A stretch of DNA of 17,729 nucleotides from Eledone cirrhosa (lineage: Eukaryota). Location of the stretch: the NCBI GenBank assembly GCA_964016885.1, contig CAXHJY010001359.1, forward strand, positions 1 through 17,729. Direction: 5' to 3'. The notes under the pieces were generated by a model. The model searched no databases, had not been told where the DNA came from, and saw nothing but the letters and a program-made list of their open reading frames with translations. Numbering within the stretch: the stretch's first letter is position 1; every line of letters starts with the position of its first letter. Positions 1-17,729 of the stretch are shown piece by piece. The translations under genes were made by a program, and so were the position numbers.

Positions 1-1610
1 GTAGCCTTCTCTCGAGTAAACAACATCTGATCCCTCTTATTTCTAATTTTTTCCTTAGTTCGTTTATGCTTTGCCGTTCACGTATATTTACACATCCAGC
101 GGAGCATGCAAGCTTCGTTCCTCTCTAGTCTGCGTATATCATCTGCACACAATGCCCAGGTCTCACTGCCATACAACATTGCTGTTCGTATGCAGGCATC
201 GTACAACCTGCCTTTCATTTTTAGGGAGAACCCTTTAGCAGCTAATAGTGGTATAAGCTCTCTGAACTTTTTCCATCCAGTTCTGACTCTAGCTACTGTA
301 CTTTCAGAGCACCCTCCCCCACTGCTGATTTTTCACCCAGGTAACGGAAGCTGTCCACTATTTCTATAGAGCCCTCTGCGCAGTTGTAAGAGCTAGTATT
401 TTGTGGGCACTTGCTGCTACTTATTGCACCAGAGCACCGCCCACATGTAAAATCTATGTTCTTAGTTAGCTTACCTGTGATCCCACTACATCTTTTATGC
501 ACCCATACTTTGCATTTGGGACATAAAATGGAGTTTCTATTACGCCTTTCCTACACACTGAGCATGGCCATTTCCCGGAAGGGACCGGCGCCTTATTTTC
601 TTTCCTACAAACTAGAACTTTAGTCTTAGCCAGGTTAATTTTAAGGCCTTTTGATTCTAGGCCGTGCTTCCATGTTTGGAATTTCTTCTCTAGCTCGGCC
701 ATTAATTCAGCTATGAGCGTTAGATCATCTGCGTATAGGAGTTCCCATGGGCAGCCGGTCTTGAACTCCACTGTTATAGCCTGAAGGGCAATAATAAATA
801 GTAGGGGGATAAGAACAGATATGGAATGGGGGACTCTGTCGAAGGCTTTCTCCAAGTCGACGAAAGCTAAGTATAGGGGTTTACTTTTAGCTAGCTACTT
901 CTCCTGTAGTTGTTGTACAATGAAAAGAGCGTCTGGTACTTTTGCCTGACACAAACCCGAACTGCATTTCATCTAGATCGATTCCCTCTCTGATTAGTTG
1001 CGCTATTACTTTTTAGTTGCACTACTACCTTCATGACCTGGTCGATTAATTTAATGCCTCTATAGTTACTCCTATCTACGGCGTCTCCTTTACCCTTGTA
1101 GCAGTTAATAATGATGCTGCTACGCCAGTCCTTCGGAACAATCCCATTCTGTATGACTTGGTTTACTATCCGGGTGACTATGGTGTGTCCCACCGTTCCA
1201 GAGGCTTTCAGCATCTCAGCAACTATTTCCGAAGGCCCAGCCGCCTTACCCGTTTTCATATCTTTGATTGCCTTACTTATTATACTACCTTCGACTAACA
1301 CTGCTGGTCCCTCTATTGGGTCCATGTGGGGGAGACTGTCTTTCTCCCATTTATTCTCCTCATTTAGTAGCCTTTCGTAGTGACACTTCCAAGCTACCTT
1401 CTTATCAGCGTCAGTGATGGCAAGTACGCCATCATCATTAAGTACACACTTCTCCCCGACAATATCACGGTTTTCCTTGACACATTGCCAAGCAATCCTG
1501 AACACCTCACGTTTTTGGTCCTCGCGTTGTAGAACATGCTTGAACTTTCTTTCCTCTGCTTCCCTTCTTGCGAAGTACATTTGTCTCCTAGCTTCCCTCC
1601 TGGCCACTTG
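1..1610 (-). pseudogene. Disrupted reverse transcriptase region of RTE copy A
   Basis: RT motifs are split across ORFs 969..1607, 466..855 and 293..502. There is a TAG at 895-897 (TAC in copy D), an internal deletion at ~816-821, and small indels near 540, 330 and 87 relative to copy B. Confidence 0.9.
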
Positions 1611-2522
1611 TTAGTCTTCTCTACTTCCCCCATCCCGCCATACTTTCCAAGCCTGCTTTTTGGCCTTAATTGACTCCTCCACCTTACTGTTCCACCACCA
1701 TGTTACTCTCCTCCTGCCTACAGGCCTGCTCCAGCCACAGACTTCGTCCGCCGCCATCAGCAGGTTTGCTTTCAGGAATTCCCACTGTTCCTCTATATTG
1801 TACAACTCTAATTGCTCTTCCTTACTGTCGAAAGCATCAAGTAATATGCTTTTAAATTTATTTCTGGCTGTGGGGTTCATTAGCTTCCATATTTTTCTCC
1901 TGAGGATAGTCCTCTTCTGCTGTCTAGTACGTCTCGTCCTGACTATGAGGTCGCTAATTATCAGTCTATGTTGGGAGGTGCATTCTTCATAGGGGAGGGA
2001 TTTAGTGTTTACAACAGACACATTGTCACGTCTTCTGGTAAGGATATAATCTACCTGGCTGGTATGTTCCCCTGATCTGTAGGTGATCAAGTGATTGACT
2101 CGTTTTTTGAAGTTAGTGTTACAGATAGTTAGGTTATTTGCGTCACAGAATTCCAGGATTCTGGAGCCTTCCTCATTTCTAGTACCAAACCCATAGCCTC
2201 CGTGGATTCCGTCATAGCCGTCACAATGTTGTCCAACGTGGCCATTTAGGTCGCCAGCAATAATTATATTGTCACTGTCGGTTATTTGGGAGGTAGTGAG
2301 CATCAGTGTCTCATAGAATCTGTCTTTTATAGCGCGAGGCAGTCCGGATTGGGGCGCGTATGCCGATATTACTGTCACAGTAGTTCTATTTAGAACAAGT
2401 CTTATTTTAATTATTCTGTCGTTTACTCTATTTACATCTATTATCTTATCCACCCATTTTTCTGCTAACATGATTCCTACCCCACCTATCCCATTGTCAT
2501 TTCCCACCCAGAAAAGCTTATA
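1611..2522 (-). pseudogene. AP-endonuclease domain and linker of RTE ORF (copy A)
   Basis: ORF 1611..2507 has EEP/APE motifs AYAP, GDLNGHVG, DYIL, QHRL. It ends at a premature TAA (1611-1613) where copy D has TAT. Confidence 0.9.
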
Positions 2523-3116
2523 GCAACGTTTTTATGTATGTATATATACACAATAGTTATTTAAATATTTCTTACAATAAATACTTCATAAGATTTACAT
2601 ACTATATATGTTGACAATGAATATCTCCGGTAAAGCTTACATTTAGAAAAATATTCGACAGTGTAAACTTTATTTTCCGCTGGCCAGTTAATTCCTTTAA
2701 AAGTTATCCTCATAAAATTCCGAAGTTTAGAAATGTTAAAACACTTATTGAATTTACAAAACTAATAAATAACCTGCAATTTAAAAAAAATAAAACCTAA
2801 AATCTTGATTCTTCACCCTAAAATAGCATAAATTAAATATTTTCAAACTTAACCGTTTAATTTTCGGAAAATCTCCTACATATATTCCCTCTCTCTATAT
2901 ATATTATCTCAGCGGTTCTCATAGACTGCTTTCCGTGATAAATTGTAGTATCATACATTTTAAAATCTCTATAACTTTTACATTAAGCAACGTATTTCTT
3001 ACTCACACATTTTCTATTGAATTTATTACGTTTTCACATTTTCTCATTATTAGGGTATAAATATTAAACTTTCTTTTAGGTTAATCACTACCTTGATTAA
3101 ATATATATTGATTAAA

Positions 3117-3125
3117 TATATGTAC

Positions 3126-3173
<48 letters not shown>

Positions 3174-3284
3174 GTATATATATATATATGTATATATATA
3201 TATGTATATATATATATATGTATATATATGTATATATATATATGTATATATATATATATGTATATATATGTATATATATATATG

Positions 3285-3347
<63 letters not shown>

Positions 3348-3402
3348 GTATATATATATATGTATATATATATATATGTATATATATGTATATATATATA
3401 TG

Positions 3403-3433
<31 letters not shown>

Positions 3434-3474
3434 GTATATATATATATGTATATATATATATATGTATATATATG

Positions 3475-3505
<31 letters not shown>

Positions 3506-3506
3506 G

Positions 3507-3605
<99 letters not shown>

Positions 3606-3619
3606 GTATATATATATAT
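3117..3619. repeat. (TA)n microsatellite with periodic TG interruptions
   Basis: Directly visible. Confidence 0.98.
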
Positions 3620-3742
3620 GCAGTTCTTCTGCTTTTCAAAAGGTGAGTTGAGATGGAGGGTCTGTGGTTTTTCTCACGTCAGATGTGAGAAAAACCACAG
3701 ACCCTCCATCTCAACTCACCTTTTGAAAAGCAGGAGAACTGC
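3620..3742. repeat. 123-bp near-perfect palindrome (58-bp arms, 1 mismatch, 7-nt centre)
   Basis: 3620-3677 GCAGTTCTTCTGC...TTTTTCTCAC is the reverse complement of 3685-3742 GTGAGAAAAA...GCAGGAGAACTGC; the centre of symmetry is 3681. Confidence 0.97.
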
Positions 3743-3756
3743 GAAACCGGTAAAGG
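3719..3756 (+). ncRNA. Minimal type I hammerhead ribozyme, U3-A8 core variant (predicted)
   Basis: CCTT | TTGAAAA | GCAG-GAGAA-CTGC | GAAA | C-CG-G | TA | AAGG. Stem I is CCTT/AAGG, the core is UUGANAA, stem II is GCAG/CTGC, stem III is the palindrome ACCGGT, and the cleavage triplet is GUA (cut after 3752). Confidence 0.8.
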
Positions 3757-3828
3757 AACCAAATAAATATATATATTTTTTAAAAAAATAAGACTTCAGG
3801 TGCATTTTCGATTTCATCTCTTTTTCTT

Positions 3829-4610
<782 letters not shown>

Positions 4611-4696
4611 AGCATTTTTACAACACAAAAATAACGCTGGAGCCATTTTTTTAACATAAAAACAGGTAGAATTCCCAAAACTAATCAGATCAGAGC

Positions 4697-4763
4697 AAAC
4701 AGCACGGACACTCTATCTCAAAATTATTTTTGAAAAGCATTTAGAAATGCGCAACCGGTAAAA
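4697..4763 (+). ncRNA. Diverged relative of 3690-3756 with a degenerate U3-A8 hammerhead (probably inactive)
   Basis: TTT | TTGAAAA | GCATT-TAGA-AATGC | GCAA | CCGG | TA | AAA at 4727-4763. Upstream CACGGACACTCTATCTCAA resembles CACAGACCCTCCATCTCAA. The conserved GAAA is mutated to GCAA. Confidence 0.65.
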
Positions 4764-4925
4764 ACTTAAAAACTTAAAACCACAACTGAATACTAACCCA
4801 TACAATCACTAATACTCTTTTATTCCTAATTAAACCATTTTTCAACTGTGAACAATTTGTCAGCATTTTCTATTCCGTTTACCAATATATATATGTATAT
4901 ATATATATATGTATATATATATATG

Positions 4926-5532
4926 TCAGGTCACCAGTTGGTGCTACTGGTAACATGTATCCCAGTACAACCTGTCCCATGGTCGGGTCGTTGGCGACTA
5001 AACTGGCAACCCCACCAAGGTTTCTTGGTGAGGAGGGTGACTTTGGACATCCTGCAGGACTAAAAACAAAACCTGTCAAAGGGCAAAGGAGCTCTTAAGA
5101 GTCAATGGCCATCCAAAATCACCGGGAGAGATGACCCCTTAGCCTTTGTCAAGGCAGAATTCTAGGAGAAGGAAAACTCTGATATAACACCTGCAACCCT
5201 GATGGTATCCAATGATGTTGACTTGTTCTTCTTTTTGGTAAATATCATCTTGGTTAAGAGAGTGGGACTGGCTTTGTGCAGTGCCTTTGCTCACTATAAA
5301 AGCTTCACGGCACAGGCATTGCTTTATATCTGGAGATCTCTCTGCACTTGTCGTCACATGGTACCATGGGCCCAGCACTATGTGTCAGTAATTGTCACAA
5401 GTGTAGTGTTTGTACCAGAGTTTTCAAGTCGCTGGCTGGACTAAAAAGTCACACTCGTTCAGCGCATCGGTAGGGGTTCTCCTACATGGATATAAAGTAG
5501 TGGCCGTACTCGAAAACGAGTTGGCAGCCACC

Positions 5533-5533
<1 letters not shown>
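4926..5533 (+). mobile_element. Short internally deleted (bipartite) RTE-type non-autonomous element
   Basis: Bounded by TA tracts. It contains CTAGGAGAAGGAAAACTCTGAT (5162-5183, recalled as an RTE 5'-UTR motif), then a terminal C2H2 finger [23 protein letters not shown]-stop (5402-5473) and a short 3' UTR with hairpin CTCG-AAAA-CGAG. No APE or RT sequence lies between the two parts. Confidence 0.65.
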
Positions 5534-13269
<7,736 letters not shown>

Positions 13270-13274
<5 letters not shown>

Positions 13275-14795
13275 CAATTTCTAATTTCTGCCGGACCGGC
13301 AACCGCTCTTTCAAACCAGTTCCTGTACACAGCTAAGTATTCTATAAGTCTCTAGCTGTGTCATTCTCGATAAAAGCACTGGATATGTAGTCCTGATGAA
13401 TTCTAACAAGAATGAAACGCGTAGACTTACTTCCCTTGCTTTTATCGAGAATCTAATTGTAATACGTGACGTATTCTATTCTATAGCGATTAGGTCTTCA
13501 AAATGTTTATTATAAACATACAGAATATTTTCGAATATTCTATGTCTATATTCACATATATATCGCTATTTCAGAGCATTTATTCCAATTTCTAATTTCT
13601 GCCGGACCGGCAACCGCTCTTTCAAACCAGTTCCTGTACACAGCTAAGTATTCTATAAGTCTCTAGCTGTGTCATTCTCGATAAAAGCACTGGATATGTA
13701 GTCCTGATGAATTCTAACAAGAATGAAACGCGTAGACTTACTTCCCTTGCTTTTATCGAGAATCTAATTGTAATACGTGACGTATTCTATTCTATAGCGA
13801 TTAGGTCTTCAAAATGTTTATTATAAACATACAGAATATTTTCGAATATTCTATGTCTATATTCACATATATATCGCTATTTCAGAGCATTTATTCCAAT
13901 TTCTAATTTCTGCCGGACCGGCAACCGCTCTTTCAAACCAGTTCCTGTACACAGCTAAGTATTCTATAAGTCTCTAGCTGTGTCATTCTCGATAAAAGCA
14001 CTGGATATGTAGTCCTGATGAATTCTAACAAGAATGAAACGCGTAGACTTACTTCCCTTGCTTTTATCGAGAATCTAATTGTAATACGTGACGTATTCTA
14101 TTCTATAGCGATTAGGTCTTCAAAATGTTTATTATAAACATACAGAATATTTTCGAATATTCTATGTCTATATTCACATATATATCGCTATTTCAGAGCA
14201 TTTATTCCAATTTCTAATTTCTGCCGGACCGGCAACCGCTCTTTCAAACCAGTTCCTGTACACAGCTAAGTATTCTATAAGTCTCTAGCTGTGTCATTCT
14301 CGATAAAAGCACTGGATATGTAGTCCTGATGAATTCTAACAAGAATGAAACGCGTAGACTTACTTCCCTTGCTTTTATCGAGAATCTAATTGTAATACGT
14401 GACGTATTCTATTCTATAGCGATTAGGTCTTCAAAATGTTTATTATAAACATACAGAATATTTTCGAATATTCTATGTCTATATTCACATATATATCGCT
14501 ATTTCAGAGCATTTATTCCAATTTCTAATTTCTGCCGGACCGGCAACCGCTCTTTCAAACCAGTTCCTGTACACAGCTAAGTATTCTATAAGTCTCTAGC
14601 TGTGTCATTCTCGATAAAAGCACTGGATATGTAGTCCTGATGAATTCTAACAAGAATGAAACGCGTAGACTTACTTCCCTTGCTTTTATCGAGAATCTAA
14701 TTGTAATACGTGACGTATTCTATTCTATAGCGATTAGGTCTTCAAAATGTTTATTATAAACATACAGAATATTTTCGAATATTCTATGTCTATAT

Positions 14796-14796
<1 letters not shown>
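13270..14796 (+). repeat. 311-bp tandem array, inverted right arm (~4.9 units); hammerhead-sense strand is plus
   Basis: Reverse complement of the left-arm unit. TATTCCAATT recurs at 13270, 13581, 13892, 14203 and 14514; the arm ends at 14796 in a TA tract. Confidence 0.98.
13387..13430 (+). ncRNA. Minimal type I hammerhead ribozyme (first of 5 copies on the right arm; cores at 13393, 13704, 14015, 14326, 14637)
   Basis: CTGATGA 13393-13399, stem II ATTCT/AGAAT with loop AACA, GAAA 13414-13417, palindromic ACGCGT stem III, and GUA cleavage after 13423. Stem I GTAGTC/GACT(T)AC is extended by a perfect 16-bp stem 13363-13378/13437-13452. Confidence 0.9.
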
Positions 14797-16513
<1,717 letters not shown>

Positions 16514-16515
<2 letters not shown>

Positions 16516-17729
16516 GCACCTCCCAACATAGACTGATAATTAGCGACCTCATAGTCAGGACGAGACGTACTCGACAACAGAAGAGGACTATCCTCAGGAG
16601 GAAAATATGGAAGCTGAAGGACCCCACAGCCAGGAATAAATTTCAAAGCATATTTTGATGCTTTCGACAGTAAGGAAGAACATTTAGAGTCGGACAATAT
16701 AGAGGGAGAGTGGGAATTTCTGAAAGCAAACCTGCTGTTGGCGACAGACGAGGTCTGTGGCTGGAGCAGGCCTGTAGGCAGGAGGAGAGTAACATGGTGG
16801 TGGAACAGTAAGGTGGAGGGGTCAATTAAGGCCAAAAAGCAGGCTTGGAAAGTATGGCGGGATGGGGGAAGTAGAGAGGACTATCAAGTGGCCAGGAGGG
16901 AAGCTAGGAGACAAGTGTACTTAGCAAGAAGGGAAGCTGAGGAAAGAAAGTTCAAGCATGTTCTACAACGCGATGACCAAAAACGTGAGGTGTTCAGGAT
17001 TGCTAGGCAATGCGTCAAGGAAAACCGTGATATTGTCGGGGAGAAGTGTGTACTAAACGACGATGGCACACTTGCCATCACCGACGCTGATAAGAAGGTA
17101 GCTTGGAAGTGTCACTATGAAAGGCTTCTAAATGAGGAGAATAATTGGGAGAAAGGCAGTCTCCCCCATATCGACCCAATAGAGGGACCAGCAGTGTTAG
17201 TCGAGGGGAGTATAATAAGTAAGGCAATCAAGGATATGAAGACTGGTAAGGCGGCTGGGCCTTCGGAAATAGTTGCTGAGATGCTGAAGGCATCTGGCAC
17301 GGTGGGACACACCATGGTCACCCGCATAGTTAACCAAGTCGTACAGAACGGGGTTGTTCCGAAGGACTGGCATAGCAGCATCATCGTTAACTGTTATAAG
17401 GGTAAAGGAGACGCCCTAGATAGGAGTAACTATAGAGGCATTAAATTAATCGACCAGGTCATGAAGGTCACGGAAAGAGTAATAGCGCAACTAATCAGAG
17501 AAAGAATTGACCTAGATGAAATGCAGTTCGGGTTTGTGTCAGGCAAAAGTACCACAGACGCTCTTTTCATAGTACGACAACTACAGGAGAAGTACCTAGC
17601 TAAAGGTAAACCCCTCTACTTAGCTTTTGTCGACTTGGAGAAAGCCTTCGACAGAGTCCCCCGCTCCATTATCTGGTGGGCTCTTAGAAAACTAGGCGTT
17701 GACGAATGGCTTGTGAGGGCTATACAAGC
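16514..17729 (+). mobile_element. RTE LINE copy D (same subfamily as A/B), 5'-truncated at the end of APE; continues past window end
   Basis: Starts CTSQHRLIISD, has a 2-bp deletion near 16654, then an open frame from 16657 to the window end (TWWWN..KAAGPSEI..YKGKGD..NYRGIKL..QFGF..FVDLEKAFDRVPRSIIWWALRKLGV). Preceded by a TA tract at 16472-16515. Confidence 0.94.

Larger units (their letters stand above)
1..2533 (-). mobile_element. RTE-clade non-LTR retrotransposon, copy A (5'-truncated, decayed; continues past window start)
   Basis: Minus-strand fragments give an APE endonuclease (YKLFWVG..GVG, SAYAPQ, GDLNGHVG, SQVDYIL, SQHRLI) and an RT (NYRGIKLI, QFGF, FVDLEKAFDRV, LYADD, FRYLG). 1-725 is near-identical to 6786-7515, and ~825-1983 is near-identical to the reverse complement of copy D. 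The 5' end abuts a short TA tract at ~2534-2549. Confidence 0.93.

Noticed and set aside
106-1992. Plus-strand ORFs over copy A, and similar antisense ORFs over copies B-D and the CR1 fragment
   Set aside because: Antisense or alternate-frame shadows of LINE coding sequence.
2641-2773. Possible minus-strand exon (polypyrimidine-TGCAG acceptor, GTAAGC donor)
   Set aside because: All three frames contain stops and there is no other gene evidence; a non-coding exon cannot be excluded.
4611-4690. Possible Penelope GIY-YIG C-terminal remnant (TKITLEPFF...PKTN) upstream of the degenerate hammerhead
   Set aside because: Too short and interrupted to support without a profile search.

Overview
Eukaryotic (animal, possibly cephalopod/mollusc judging by repeat content; inference) repeat-only region with no host gene. 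It is a chain of retroelement pieces, almost all bounded by interrupted (TA)n microsatellites: four truncated or decayed RTE-clade LINE copies carrying a PHD-type finger inside the RT region, one internally deleted RTE derivative, and a CR1-group LINE 3' end. The main result is three different families of non-coding elements that each carry a minimal type I hammerhead ribozyme. (i) A ~6 kb array of ~19 nearly identical 311-bp units (8827-14796) has one hammerhead per unit and forms two head-to-head arms joined by a 5-bp microhomology. (ii) A 123-bp palindrome at 3620-3742 runs into a hammerhead with a U3-A8 core variant, and a covarying relative lies at ~4727-4763. (iii) A 466-bp unit with a 26-bp terminal redundancy and a hammerhead lies at 15981-16472. 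These resemble non-LTR retrozymes or Penelope-like pseudo-LTRs. The architecture suggests rolling-circle, twin-primed reverse transcription of ribozyme-processed (possibly circular) RNAs into (TA)n tracts. All motifs were read by eye; no folding or database search was run.
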